Below are positions 41,101 to 63,853 of a stretch of DNA of 64,000 bases, piece after piece. The stretch is taken from positions 989,194 to 1,053,193 of the forward strand of contig JAWQFM010000008.1 in assembly GCA_033442325.1 (NCBI GenBank), in the 5' to 3' direction. The position numbers were made by a program, and so were the translations under genes. Within the stretch, counting starts at the first letter, position 1. Each line of letters begins with the position of its first letter. The DNA comes from Salpingoeca rosetta. Taxonomy: Eukaryota; Protista; Choanoflagellata. The notes under the pieces were generated by a model. That model made no database searches. It had not been told where the DNA came from and saw only the letters and a list, made by a program, of their open reading frames with translations.

Positions 41101-44100
41101 ATGGGTACGTGCGTGCGATGATAAGCTTGGAGGCGAGCGCTGTGCATGAGAGAGCAGCACACCAACGTTGTGCAACAAAACAAGTCTGGTCCACTGAGGC
41201 GGTGGTGGTGGTTTGTGTGTGTTTTTGTTTGTTTGTTTGTGTGTGTGTGTGCGTGTTTGTATGTGGGTGTGTCGCTGTCACGTCACCGCCTCCCGTGCTC
41301 AAACAAATGGAGCACCACAACGAGACAGATGTGGCAGCTGGAAGTCTATCTTTTGCCTCTCTTCGATCCCCTTTCCTTTCCTTTGGATTGGAGTGTGTTC
41401 CTGTTCTCTGCTCAAGCCACACGCTAGCATTCGAACGCACGCATGCATGCAAGCACATCCCACCACTCCCCTCGTCGTTCGCATCTGGCACAACGTTGAC
41501 ACTTGTCGCTTCTTTTGCCGTTTCTCTGTTTGTTTCCCACCAGGTTACGAGGCTCCCAAGGGTGTTCCCACCGTCTTCGACCCCAGCTTCACCGGCGTCG
41601 GCCAGAAGCCCGGTCTTGAGATCTGGCGCGTGGAGAAGCTTGCCGTCGTCAAGAAGAACCCAGATGACAAGGCACACAAGGGCGAGCTCCACGAGGGCGA
41701 TGCCTACATCATCCTCCAGACCAAGGTGTGTGTGTGTGTGTGTTCGTGGCTACGAGCGTGCCGCTTTTGTGTGTTCGTGTGAGATCTGGTGCTATTGTTT
41801 TGTATTGGCGTTTTTCGTCTGTTCTGCCGCTGCCTGCACTTGGAAACATAGGCACACACGCACATCCACATACGCACACACACACATACTCTCTCTCTCT
41901 CTGTTCAACGTGCATGCACGAAACCCGACACCAACTGACATTGCACCCATCACGATGCATGTGCACAATTATCTCGACTCAACCACCCACCCCCCTCTTC
42001 AACACACCGAAACAGGAGGTGCATGGTGCGCTTCAGCGCAACATCTTCTTCTGGCTCGGCAAGGACTCCAGCCAGGATGAGCAGGGCGTGGCCGCGTACA
42101 AGACGGTCGAGCTCGACCAGTCGCTCGGCGATGAGCCCGTGCAGCATCGCGAGGTGCAGAACCACGAGTCGGACGAGTTCCTCGGCCTCTTCAAGAACGG
42201 CCTGCGCTACCTCGAGGGCGGTGTCGCCACCGGCTTCCGCCACGTCGACCGCGACGCCTACGAGACGCGCCTCCTGCACATCAAGGGCCGCCGCAACATC
42301 CGTGTGTCCCAGGTCAAGCTCGACCCAAGCAGCATGAACGAGGGCGACGTGTTCGTGCTCGATGCCGGCAAGGACATCTTCCAGTGGAACGGCAAGGGCG
42401 CCAGCCGCGTGGAGAAGTCCAAGGCCCTCGAGGTCACCAAGCGCATCCGCGACGAGGAGCGCGGTGGCAAGGCCAAGATCCACCTCATCGACCAGGGCAA
42501 GGACGACGACTCCCTGTTCTGGGAGAAGTTTGGCGTGAGCAAGCCCACGCGCATCAAGTCCGCCGAGGAGGGTGGCGATGACGCCAAGCACTCGCGTGCC
42601 GCCGCCGCCAACGTCACACTGTACCGCGTGTCCGATGCCTCTGGCTCCATGCAGGTCACCCCTGTCGAGGAGAAGCCCTACAAGCAGGAAATGCTCGACA
42701 CCAACGACGCCTTCATCCTGGACTGCGGTCCCGCTGGCATCTTCGTCTGGGTCGGCAAGGGCGCCACCAAGGAGGAGCGCGCCTTCTCCATGCGCACCGG
42801 CATGGACTTCCTCAAGACCAAGGGGTGAGCGTCCTCTGTGTGTGTGTGCGTGTGTGTTGTGTGTGTGTTTGTTTTGTGTGTGTGTGCGTGTGTTTTGTTT
42901 TGTGTGTGTGTGTGTGTGTGTGCGTGCGTGGCAGGCGAGCAGTTGCGTGTGCGTGGGTTAGCTAGCTGCCCTTTCGTCAACTCACACAGCCGCCGCCTCA
43001 CCACCTGTTCCCCTGTTGTGTCTTGTTGCTGGTGTCCATTTCTCAACAAACACAACCGCACACAGGTACCCCCACCACACCCCTGTCACTCGCGTTGTTG
43101 AGGGTGGCGAGACGCCGCTGTTCAAGCAGAACTTCCCCGGCTGGAAGGAGCCCAACGCCCTCCTCCCTGGCCAGACCGGCATCCGCAAGAAGAAGTTTAT
43201 CAAGAAGCAGTTCTCTGCCGCGACCCTTCACAGCGCGGTGCGTGCACGTGGTTGTACATGTGTGAGCGTTTAGACGTGCCTTGCGTCGTCGGAATGGCGT
43301 ACTCTTGTTGTTGTCATTATTCTCTTGCACCCACGATGCTCGCTCGTACTTTCATTCGTTGCTTTCGCGCTTTCATCATCCACACACACACACGCACACA
43401 CACGCTCTCACACACACACACGCTTACACACACACACACACACGCTCACACGCACACACACACACTCACTCACTCACATGCTTACTCACCCTTGCTTTGT
43501 CACCATCAAACAGGGTGAGCGCCAGAAGGCGACCCTGCCCGATGACGGCACGGGCAAGCTCGAGGTGTGGCGCATCGAGAACTTTGAGATGGCGCCTGTG
43601 CCCAAGGAACAGTACGGTCACTTCTACTCTGGCGACTCGTACGTGATGCTGTACACGTACCTGCGCAACAGCAAGGAGGAGTACATCATCTACTTCTGGC
43701 AGGGCAACAAGTCGTCCCAGGACGAGCGCGGCGCCTCTGCCAAGCACGCCGTCGACCTCGACGACAAGTACGGCGGCGCCCCCGTGCAGGTGCGCGTGGT
43801 GCAGAACAAGGAGCCCCCACACTTCTACCTCGTCATGAAGCAGTTTGGCGGCATGGTTGTGCACGAGGGCGGCCACGCCTCTGGCTGGAAGAACGTCGAC
43901 GACAAGGACTCATACGACACGGACGGCACCCGCCTGTTCCAGGTCCGCGGCACCAACGAGTGGAACACGCGCGCCATCCAGGTTGACGAGGAGCCCAAGT
44001 CCCTCAACTCTGGCGACGTCTTCATTCTTGAGACCCCGCAGAACGTCTTCCTGTGGTTCGGCAAGGGCTGCACCGGCGACGAGCGCGAGTACGCCAAGCA

Positions 44101-44409
44101 GATTGTCAAGCGCGTGTGCCCCAAGCGCGGCGCCAGCTTTGAGGCCATCACCGAGGGCCAGGAGCCCAAGGAGTTCTGGCAGGGTCTTGGCTGGGACATT
44201 GACACACAGGGCCGCCCCACCTACGCCGAGTTCAAGGAGCAGGCCATCCAGGAGTACCACGAGCCCCGCCTGTTCCAGTGCAGCAACGCCCGCGGCTACT
44301 TCTATGTCGAGGAGATCTTCGACTTTGATCAGAACGTGAGGGCTGCTTCTTCTTCTTCTTCTGCTGCTGCTGTTGCTGTTGCTGCTGTTTGAGTTGTTGT
44401 TGCTGTTGC

Positions 44410-44461
<52 letters not shown>

Positions 44462-44502
44462 GCTGTTGCTGTTGCTGTTGCTGCTGTTTGAGTTGTTGTT
44501 GC

Positions 44503-44551
<49 letters not shown>

Positions 44552-45264
44552 GCTGCTGTTTGAGCCGTTGTTCTCTCAATGTGCCGTTTGCTTTGCGTCC
44601 ATATTGTTGGAAACCTTGCTGCTGTCTCGTGCCTGGCACATCCGAGTGCTGCGCAACACACGTTTCTCCTTATCCCTTCACACTTGGCACCATCGCCCTC
44701 TTCCTTTCCTCACACCAATCTCCCACAACACACACTTTCACACCATGATAGGATCTGATTGAGGACGATGTGATGCTGCTGGACACCTACTTTGAGGTGT
44801 TTGTGTGGATTGGCCAGAACGCCAACCCCGAGGAGAAGAAGGGCGCGCTGCAGGCTGCCGTCGACTACGTCAAGACAGATCCCTCTGGCCGCACCGTCGA
44901 CGACACGTGCATCATGCAGATCAAGCAGGGCTTTGAGCCAACCAACTTCCGCTGCCACTTCCACGCGTGGGACGACGACATGTGGTCCAAGGGCATGAGC
45001 TACGAGGAGCTCAAGGCCAAGCTTGGCAGCGAGGTTGAGGGCGTCGACGCCATGGCTGCGCTCGACGAGTGGTCTGGCAACAAGAAGTACCCCTATGAGC
45101 TGCTGCGCGATGGCCCTGTGCCAGAGACGGTCGACGTCACCGCCAAGGAGCAGTACCTCGAGGACGAGGAGTTTGAGAAGATCTTCAAGATGACGCGCGC
45201 AGAGTTCAACGCCCTGCCCAAGTGGAAGCAGAACGGCAAGAAGAAGGAGGTCAAGCTCTTCTAA
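41101..45264 (+). CDS. Villin (gelsolin repeats + headpiece)
   Basis: Micro first exon ATGG at 41101. Repeats PGLEIWRVEK, FFWLGKDSSQDEQG, HREVQNHES, LEVWRIENF, FYSGDSYV and PRLFQCSN. Headpiece KEQYLEDEEFEKIFKMTRAEFNALPKWKQNGKKKEVKLF*. Strong GC3 bias. Confidence 0.95.
44362..44563. repeat. (TTG/CTG)n array with higher-order periodicity in the last villin intron
   Basis: Triplet runs punctuated three times by GCTGCTGTTTGAG. Confidence 0.85.
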
Positions 45265-45970
45265 GTCGTGCATGACAGCAGCAGCAGCAGCAGCAGCAAT
45301 TCCCCGCGCAATTGCAACAAATCCTCACTCTTGTGGCGGTGGTGCGAGACAACAAGACCCTCTTCCTTGGTCTTGTTGATCCTTTACTGTTCATGTCATT
45401 CCTTCTTTGCCGGCCCTTCCTTGCACACCCCCTCCTTTGTTGTGTGTGCACTGACTTGTGCGTTGACGCTCGTTGCTTCCACCTCTTCTTCATTCCTTCC
45501 CCACTCGCTTGCTTGTTACGTGCCTCCTTGTGTGTGTGTGTGTTTTTTTTTTCGGCATGCGAGAACGACAGAAACCAAACACTCCCCAAGCACTGTCACC
45601 ACTTTGCCTTGTCTGCCCTTCTTATGTTGTTGCCGTTGTTCGATGCTTGCAACGTCTTTTGTGCTGACTGACTGTTCTGCGTTGCAACGCGCCCCACAGT
45701 GTTGTTGTTTTTGTTTCTTACACCTGCTGATGATGAGCTGGCTGGAATGAATGCCACTCGCGAACACAATACAAATGCTGCAAAGCAAACGAAACAAGTG
45801 CGTGTGTGTGTGTGTGTGTTTGTCATTTCACGGGACCTCCACATTCAAATGATGTTCCTGTACTTGCCTATAACACATGCGTGCAAAGCACGCCCAAACT
45901 GGACACGAATGCGCAACAAACGACACGTCACAAATAGCGCACACCATCCATGCCTTGCATCCTCCAAGGG

Positions 45971-54287
<8,317 letters not shown>

Positions 54288-54530
54288 CGTGTCACGCACG
54301 CACAGGCAAAGGAAGGAACGATGACAGCCTCCTTCACCACCGCCGTCAATGAAAACCAAAACACAGCCGAAAATTGACGACAGTATCAACAAATCTTCCC
54401 AACTTGAATAGCTCAGTCATCATCCGCGTTGCTTCATTTCTCGTCAACCTCGCACATCCAACCAACCACCGCCATCCAACCATCAACCGAGTCTATCCAA
54501 CCACCCATCAAAGGCAGGCAGGCAGGCAAG

Positions 54531-55422
54531 ATGGAGGGAGACACAAAACAGGAAGACCAGCCACAGCGTGTGGTTGTTGTGTCGTATGGAAAATCAAAGT
54601 ACACCATTGACACGACGGCCATGGAAACAGTCGGTATGTGTGATTGTAGTTGTGGTTGTAACAGTTGTTGCGTGGCGTGTATTGTGTACGTGCGTGCGTG
54701 CGTGTGTGTGCATGTGTGTACGTGCGGGTGCGTGCGTGTATGAGACTGTGCCAACGGTGAGGACGAAGAGGGTGAGTCACACCATGAGGTGCACGATCCA
54801 TTTGCTGGCGTGTTTTCTGCTCACTCTTGCACCTCCTGCACTGCAGGCGATTTGAAAGCTCGCTTGGCTGAGCTGGCCAACGTGGAGATGCACAACCAAA
54901 AGCTCTTGCACAAGAGGTGTGTGCGAGTGCGTGTGGACGAGTGGGTGCGCGAGTGAGTGTGTTATACTTTCGTGAAAGTTGTAGTGCGTTCTCTGCGTGT
55001 GCTGCGGCTTCTCTGAAGGCTTGTACTTCCTATTCCCTTCCTTGGCTCAAATTGCTCATCACCATTCATCGCTTGCGTACATGGGTGTGGGGGTTTTTTC
55101 CTGGCGAACAGTCGGCAGCTACAGGACGACACGGAGCTCTCAGATTTGAAGCTGCGCAAGCGCACGACCATGATGCTTGTTGGCACACAGCAAAGCCAAG
55201 TTGAGCAGCTCAAAAAGACCGAGCAGGTATGTACTGACTGGCCATGACACTACACATTTGATTTATGGCGTACACCCACTCATATAGCACAAGCACAACA
55301 CACACACACACACACACACATACACTCTTCTCTCCCTCTCACACGCACATACACTTATTCACAACACACGCACACCTTCTCTCTTCTCTCCACCACCGCC
55401 GCCACCACCACCACCACCACCA

Positions 55423-55482
<60 letters not shown>

Positions 55483-57535
55483 CTGCAGAAATTCGAGGCG
55501 CGGGAGCGGGCGTTGGCAAAGCGTGGAGCGGTTGTCACCACATCGCCAATGGCAGCCCAGGAGATGTTGTTTGGTGCACTTGAGCCGCTCCCCGATTCAG
55601 GCGACCCAGCAGCACCGCCGGCATCGGCCGCCCTCGACCTCCTCAAGCGCCTCGCCGCGGACCCAAACATATACGCCATCATGAAGAAGCACAAGTGAGT
55701 GAGTGAGGATGAGGGTGAGAGAGAGAGTGTGTGTGTGTGAGAGAGAGAGAGTGTGTGTGTACGTGTTCGTGCATGTGCGTGTGTGTGTGTGTGTTCGTTT
55801 TCATGCGTGTGTGGATGTTGGTATGGGCGCGAGCATGTATTTGAGGCGTTTCGATTTTGCCTGTGCGATCATGCGTGGTAGCGTGCGACGCCGCTTGTTT
55901 GCCAGCAACTGACGTCCATTGCTTCTTTCTCAGCCAACTCCCCTATTGCTTCGCACTCACCGTTTTGCTTTGGTCCTCCCTTCCTCATGCCTGTGCAGCT
56001 GGCGTGTTGGCATACTGAAGGAGTTTGCGCCGAGCTTGGAAACAGGCATCGTCGGCGTGACAGATTCGTGCTTGCTCGGATACAACCAGAACAAAGGACA
56101 GGTGATTGCGCTTCGGTTGCGTACGGACGACTTTGAAGGCTTTCGGCACTACCACGTCATCATCCAGACCTTGCTTCACGAACTGGCACACATGGTTCAC
56201 AGCAAACACGACCGGAAGTTCTGGGACCTGTTCCGGCAGTTGCGCAAGGAGTATGACGAGCTTCACTGGACCAAATCGGGTGGGAGGCAACTGCAAGGTG
56301 CGTCATCATCAACAACATCATCAGCGTCAACAGCAGCATCGTCATCATTTCATCCTCACACCGGTGGCAGCAGCAGTACGGGTGGCACGCAGACACCCGC
56401 GTTTGCCGGCACAGGTCACACTGGGCAGCGGCTCGGGGGCGGCACAGCCCCACTCACACCAACACCGACACCAACACGAACAGCAACAGCAACAGCGGCA
56501 CGTGGCAGTGGTGGTGGCGGTGGCCGGGGTCAGCCAATGACGGCTGCAGAGGCTGCGCGAGCAGCAGCACTCCGACGATTGCAGCACACGGAAGACACGT
56601 CCACGTCTGCACCTGGTGTTGATGGTGGTGGTCGTGATGATGCTGGTCATGTGAATGGTGATGGGCGTGGGGAAAGCAAGGCGAAGAAGCATCGCCAAGG
56701 ACGCACAGGTGGTGGCAGCGATGGCGGCGGCTGTGGTGATGGCGACACGAACACCACAAACACGGCCGAGTGCAGGGTGAGCTCGAATGATATGGATGTT
56801 CAATGTGATGGTGATTGCAGTGGTCGGGGTCACGTGGCGCATGTTGACGTCAGTGATGGTAGCGGTGGCGTTGGTGGCAGTGGTAACGGCGACGAGCAAC
56901 TGGTGGTGCGCGTGCGTCGCGAGACGCGACCAGGTGAGATCACGCCTGAGCGGAGGGAGGAGATCTATCGTAACGCCATGTTGGCGGAGATGAGGGCGGT
57001 GGGTCCAGACCCGTTTACATACCGGCCGCGGCGCAGCGTTAAAGTTGGCAAAGGTGCGTGCAAAGTGTGTTTGTGTGCGTGTGTGTATGTATTCATGTAT
57101 GCGCGTGCGTGTGTGCGTAAGGACGCGCGCGCGTGTGTACTTATCGAGTCTCTTCTCCTTCAAGCTCTATGTTCCTTTCAGCTGTGAGCGCTCTCCTCCT
57201 TTCCCCCTCTTCCCACTCCTCCCAATCGCCCATTAGCCACCAACTGACTCACCTCTCTCCTGCGTGTCCATGTTACCTTCGTGTCGTCAGAGTACCAAGC
57301 AGTCCTCCCTGATCTGCTGCCCGCGCCCAAACCCGACATCACAGATGCCACCACTCGCGATGATGCTGATGACGATGGTGACGATGGTGATGGTGGTGAT
57401 GGTGGTGGTCAGAGCGGTGTTGAAATAAATGAGGGGGAAGCGTTGCGGGAGACACCCGTGTCACTTGATGCTGTTGTTGTCCGCTCGCGCCATCGTGGTG
57501 GTGGTGTTGGCGGTAGCATACAGGAGCGGAAGTGA
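54531..57535 (+). CDS. Ubiquitin-like + WLM (Wss1-like) zinc metallopeptidase
   Basis: UBL exons TV|GDLKARLAELANVEMHNQKLL and LQDDTELSDL...MMLVG. WLM domain LKRLAADP...MKKH|WRVGILKEF...LLGYNQNKGQVIALRLRTDD...TLLHELAHMVHSKHDRKFW, containing HExxH. Confidence 0.9.
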
Positions 57536-58110
57536 TATGGTTGCAGCCGAGGCAGCAAGGGCAAGGGTGTGTCGCATGTATGGTGTGTTCTCTTCTTGTG
57601 TACGTGTTTGGAACGGTGTCCACAACAGCGCAAATACACCTCCAGCTGTCTCCCCCTCCCTCCTTCAGACCACATGTACATGTGCAGCACGGGTCGTATC
57701 TCCCTTGTGAATGAATCAAAACTCGGGGTGTAATGTCAACGAAACAAGCCGCGCTGCGAAGAGTGAGAGATGAGAGAAGCACGTGGGCCACGAAAGGGTG
57801 GGGCAACAAAACCTACGATTGTCACAACGAAACTGCAAGCGAACGCAAAGAGAATGGCGACGAAGACAGAGAAGGAAGCAAGACGAAGGGGCGGGAGCAA
57901 GCGGTTGAGGAAGCAACAGCACCAGCTGTTGATGTATAGAGAAAGAACAGGAGCTTGCTTACTGGGAAAGAGCAGCCACAGGGTAACCAAAGGCAAACAC
58001 ATGACAGGACAGAGGTAAGGAAGCAAGGGAGGGAAGGAAGGAGGGAAGGAAGGAAGAACTGAGTGAAAGAGCAACATCCGGTGCAAGCACACGCGAAACA
58101 CGCAGCGGGT

Positions 58111-59069
58111 TTAGGTGCAAAAGGGCTTGAGGAGTGAGGTGATAATGCCACCCTGCTTCTCGCCAAAGAGGCGCGGAAGTGCACAGTAGTTGTACGGCAT
58201 CCACGTGTTGCGCGGGAGCGGGTAGTTGACGTACTCGTTCAGCAGCAGCGTCGCCTGCCAGGAACATTATGGAGGAGGAGGAACAAAGACCCAGTGGACA
58301 GTTTGGGGTTGCAATTCGCGTTGCAAGACCAAAGAAGGTGTTGGTGTTGCAGAAGGCAGTGGGTGAGCGCAGAGTAAGGCGTGAGCGAGTGAGTGAGTGT
58401 GTGTGTGAGTGAGTGAGTGAGTGAGTGAGTGAGTGAGTGAGTGAGTGAGTGAGTGAGTGAGTGCGTGAGTGTGTGTGTGTGTGAGTGTGTGTGTGAGTGT
58501 GAGTGTGAGCGTGAGTGTGTGCATGGGGCATGTCACAGCATTAACAGCAGCATGGCTGGCAATCCCATCCATCTCATCTCTCCGCGTGCTGGCGTACAAA
58601 GTCGATGGGCGCAATGACGGCGTCCTTGTCGATGCGGTTTCGCTTCACGAGATCCGCCCGCAGCCGCTCCAGGATGGCAGACAGCTGCACCCGTTCATAA
58701 CAGTGGCGGTGGTGGCGGCGGCGGTGAGTAGGGATGCACATATTGGCACATGTACACGTGTGTGTGTGTGCGTGTGTGTGTGTGTGTGTGTGTGAGTGTG
58801 TGTGTGTGAGTGTGTGTGCAAGCAGGTATGCGCCGTGTTGCGTTGTGTGGTTTGAGCACGCTTGCAACGTGGACGCCACTGCATCATCATCACCACCGAG
58901 GTGCCGGGCTCACCTCAAGGGGAGGGGTGTTGTCGTAACGCCGCTTCTCTTCCTTGGATGCAAAGCACTTTGACCGCCACACCTGACAAAACCACATGAA
59001 GAGCGGAGAATGTTGAGCAAATGCCAAACACGCACGCACAGACACAGACAGAGAGACAGAGAGACAGAC

Positions 59070-59112
<43 letters not shown>

Positions 59113-61226
59113 CACACACACACGCACGCGCGCACACACACACACATCAGGCATCATGAATTGGCTCACCAGGGCGATGCGCAGGTCTGAGAACTTGTAT
59201 GTCGTCACGACTTTGCCGTCGGCCACAACGTTCCACAGCGTGTCCCGGGTGGGGGTGGTCGGGGTGTTCTTCGAGGAGTACACAAGGCTCGGCTTGCTGT
59301 CCCTGTGGCGACACGGCGGGGATTGTCGTGTTGAAAGGTGCGGAGGCAGACGTGTGTGTGAGTGTGTGAGGTCTTTGTGGGGGGAGGGGGTACACGGGTG
59401 AGAAAGCAGCAAACACACACACACAGACACACACACACACACAGACTTTTGCATCATGGGTGCATCCGTGGTGCCAGGGGGAAGGTAAAGATCGGTGCCA
59501 TGAATGCATTTGGAGCCGTCGAGAAGGATAGCGGAGCCTGGGCGTGGGGCAAGGCGCCCTGGAGCGCGCTCAGGGCCTTCATGATGAAAGAAGAATGAGC
59601 CTCCAAAGGTGGATGCAATGTCTGCGTCCGTCATGTTATCCACCTTCCACGGATGAATGTAGGCCACACCCTGAATCTGTTGCGCGCGCGTGTGTGTGTG
59701 TCGGTAACAACGTGGTTAACGGAGGGCGGCAAGGTGGAGGAGGGGGTTATGTGTGTGTGACGAAGCCATGCAGCTGGTGGCAGCTGGAGAAAGAATGAAC
59801 GCAGTACATTCACACACACACACACACCTGTGGGAGGTCAATGTCGTGGAAGAGGCCCGAGGCGTGCATGACGACGAGCAACCAGATTGGATATTGCATG
59901 CGGTCAGCGCCCCAGAACCACGGTGCATCGTAGTGCATGGCAACCGTCTGCCCAGGGATTTGCACAATAACTCCCTGCCACGTTGTTGTCATTGTTGTGT
60001 GAGTGAGTGCGTGCGGGAGTGAGTGAGTGCGTGCGTGCGTGCGTGCGGGAGTGAGTGAGTGAGTGAGTGAGTGAGTTAATGTGAGTGAGTGTATGTGTGT
60101 GAGTGAGAGTGAGTGCGAGTGTGCGTAGCAGTAACATACTGGCTCAGTGTCTTGTATGCAGAATGATAAGCAGAGACACGCATCCCCCACCCTTTATCCC
60201 ATCATCTCCCCCTCTACCCTAGTGGTGTTTATCTTACGAGTTGGAACGGGTCGAGGTACGGGTGTCCCGGGCAGACCTTGTCCACGGCCTTCTTGTATGC
60301 GGGGCTCTCAAACAGCTTATCAATCAAGGGAATGTTTTGGGCCAGAGCGTCCTTGTTGCTGCCAATGAAGAACTGCGCAAACGACAGGAGCCGGCTCACC
60401 AGCTTGTCGTACGACTCCTTCAGTCCCGTGTTGCCGCCCGTCAGGACATAATGCCTGCATTTGCCGATGGATCAGGGCAAGGAGGGGAGTGTTGGTGTGT
60501 GGTGAGTTGGATGCATAGACGAGTGACAGCAGAAGCAGAAGCAGAAGAAGGGCCACACGCAGGACCAACCAGGCACCCCACAAATGCATGCCATGGTCAG
60601 AGTCACTGACAAATGCACGAGCACGATTGCATGGGGAAGCACAAGCACAAGCACACACACAAGCACAAGCACAGACACAAGCACAATCACGAGCATGAGC
60701 GCGGGCCAGCGTGGTGTTACCTGCCAATGTCCAGGCGTGGGGCAAGGATGCAGTGGGATCCGTTGCGAGACGGGACCATGAGCGGATGCGTGCATCCTTT
60801 CTCAGGATCGTACGGTACGGCCTCGCCGATGTTGTCCGTGGCAGGTGTTTGGTCTACCATGTGCGTGCATGTGTGTGCATGTGTGTGGTGGAAAGGGCGT
60901 GAGATCACGACGAGGTACAAATGAGGAAGTGTTTGGGGGTTGGTGGTTTGGTTGGCATCAATGAAAGCTCTGTAGTTGCATGTGTAGTTGCTGCTGCTGC
61001 ACCTGAGATGACGCTGAAGAACTCGCTGTAGCTGCGCACCATGTCCGCGAGCTCACTTTGCTCCTGCCAGGCGAGGAAGGGGAGGGGGAACAAGGGTGGG
61101 TGGATGGCAGGAGGGGGATGGGAAGGCGGAGTGGTTGAGATGAAAGAGCTTGCAAAGAGGGTAGACGAGAGAGGGAGACGCTATATCGCACACACACACA
61201 CACCCACACCCACCCACACCCACCCA

Positions 61227-61265
<39 letters not shown>

Positions 61266-61268
61266 ACA

Positions 61269-61304
<36 letters not shown>

Positions 61305-61448
61305 GACCTGGGGTGTCCAGATCTCGTTGATGATCTCATACTCGTAAGGCTTGATGACCGGAGCTGGCTTGAGCCAGTTGGCAGCCACAAGCGCCACCAA
61401 GGCCACCACCAGCCCACGCCACTGCCATCCACTCAAGCTGCTCATCAT
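58111..61448 (-). CDS. Uncharacterised signal-anchored 2OG-Fe(II) dioxygenase-like protein
   Basis: Hydrophobic N-terminus. Motifs in DSBH order: PGQTVAMHYDAPWF (HxD), QGVAYIH, GGSFFF, LLDGSKCIHGT (distal His) and DLRIALV (Arg). Ends KPFCT* at 58111. Confidence 0.65.
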
Positions 61449-61853
61449 CTCTCCCACTACTGCTGCTGCTGCTGTTGTGTTCGGCGGCGTCTTGCATCAA
61501 CCACCACCACCACTGGCTGGCAACTGCTGTCCTCAAAATGCAGATGTTTATTGAAAGATATCCAACAAAAGTCAGCAATGAACGAAGAAACGGGCGACAA
61601 CGTGGATGGCGGCGCATGTTGTTGTTGGCTTGTTTGTTTGTCAGCGACCACCATGATTTGTAGACAGGACTTCAATGAAGCAACAAAACAACAAAGAGAC
61701 AAGACCACACACATCACACATCACGGCAGCACCATTAACAAAGGAGGAGAAGGAGACAGGCAGGCAGCTACACACGAAGAGGGTCATGGCATCAGTTTTA
61801 ACGGGAGTGATTAGTCGTGGCCGACACACAGAGTGTGTTTGCACGTAGTTTGT

Positions 61854-62285
61854 TTAGCAGTAGTCTGCAGATTTGGCAGCAACACCACCTACAAGGCGGG
61901 GCGGAGTGAGATGGAGTGCAAAGGGTGCAACAAAGATGTTAGCTGAGGGAAGCGAAGCGCACAGAGAGGGCGTGCACGAGCGCTGAGCGCTGTCTACACA
62001 AGCACAGACACAAGCACAGACACACAGACACACGCACGCACACACACCGACACAGAGACACACACACGCAAACGCACTTTTCCAATCGTCGCAGCAAACT
62101 TCGCCGTATTCACTGTAGAAGGAGATGCAGCCAGAGGTGCTCTTGGTACCCGTGCGCTCATCAAAGCAGTGACACTCCTGTCAAGCGAAGAAGTGGGGAG
62201 GGGGGAGGAACACGATTGGGTGAGGCATCGTCATAGGCGTGGGGTGGTCGGTGGAGCAGGGTGTGCACGACAAGATGAAGTCGCA

Positions 62286-62359
<74 letters not shown>

Positions 62360-63853
62360 GGCGAGTGATTACCGAGTATGGCGGGGAGTAGAGGTGCAGG
62401 CTGACGGCGCGTCGGCTATGGCTTGTGTTTGACACGCGGTGTGTGCCAATCTTATCTGCTCCAACAACAACGATCAGCAAAGGCATCACGACAAATAGGC
62501 GTCGGCAACGCAAGCATGTATGAGAGAAGAGAATGCACATCGCCAACATGTCACACATTGCAACCGACAGCAGCACGGCGACAAAAAAAACAAAAAAAAA
62601 AAACAGGCGTTCCTTCGCATTACGCACCGCTGATATAGAGGACACCATCGCGATCATGAGCTGCCTCCACGAGCGGTGAAAGCGTCTCTCCCTCCTGTGC
62701 ACACAGCACACACACACACACATATGGTGCCACACAACAAGCAGTGAGCAATGAGCAGTGAGCAATGAGCAGTGCGCATACACACACGTGCAGACAGACA
62801 CACACACACATGTACGTACACACACACACACCGATATACAGACAGACACGTCGGCAAAGGGGAAAATCCTTTTGCATACAAGCTGACCTTGAGGTCGTGT
62901 GGCGGGCCAAAGAGTTCCTCCACGAGGTTGCCGTCAAGGATCTTCATGAAGCAATGCGACCCCGCGTGGTCGTGGATGGAACTGAAGTGGAGACAGGGAC
63001 ACAGGCAGGCAGGCAGGTACCCATGGAGACGGTCAACAGAGCAGAGGATGGATCCAATAGCAGTACCCCATTTGACGGGCAACGACAACACACAGACGCA
63101 GACACATGCACAGGCACAATTACGGCCAGGAATATGTACCTTGCTTGCCCCATGTCCCAGCAAAGGAGCATGAGGTTGTATTTGCCGTTGCCGCTGTCCA
63201 CGAGATTCCTCGTGTAGCTGTTGTAGGAAGAAAGCATGCATGTGAGACAGCACCACGACAGCAAACACAGAAAAAGACGCACAAGCACACAGACATACAC
63301 ACATACTCAGCAGTAATGACATGGCGCGTGAAAAGTCACAACCGCATCCACCTCATATCCCATACCAGTGGTCGTCAAAGTGGGCAAACTGCTTCCAGTC
63401 CTCCGTTCGGGACTTGTACCTGTGCAGCGGCAGCAAGCATACGAGCAAGCACGTGACGTGAGTGAGATTCTGGCCATGAACTGCTTTGCTTGGCTTGAGG
63501 CAGTGGGAAGCACACGCTGCCTCTCTTCACTCGTCTGCCTTGCCCAAGTTTGCACACGCGTCATGCATGCGCATATGGCATGCTTACGAGTTAAGGATGC
63601 TGTGGATGTGTTCAACGGACACGCTGTCTTCATCCAGCGCCGTTCTCAGGTCCTGGAGCATCTCATCCCAGGTGCGGGACTCCTTCTCCACTCGTGCACC
63701 GCTGCTGCTGCTGGGGGACGAGGAAGTCGCCTGGGATGGCTTCATCATGCTTGCACGCATGTCTTGAGCGCAGGGCTTGGTCTGCATCTGCATCGTCGGG
63801 GTGGCCTCCATGGCGGTGGACATGGAGGGGGAACCTTGATCGTGGTCAGTCAT
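61854..63853 (-). CDS. CDO1: Cysteine dioxygenase type 1
   Basis: [41 protein letters not shown] and [11 protein letters not shown]. The three iron-binding His, the Cys/Tyr crosslink residues and the substrate Arg are all present. The last exon is less certain. Confidence 0.93.

Noticed and set aside
41950-42659. Long antisense ORFs over villin exons
   Set aside because: Expected shadow of strong GC3 codon bias, with no independent protein motifs.
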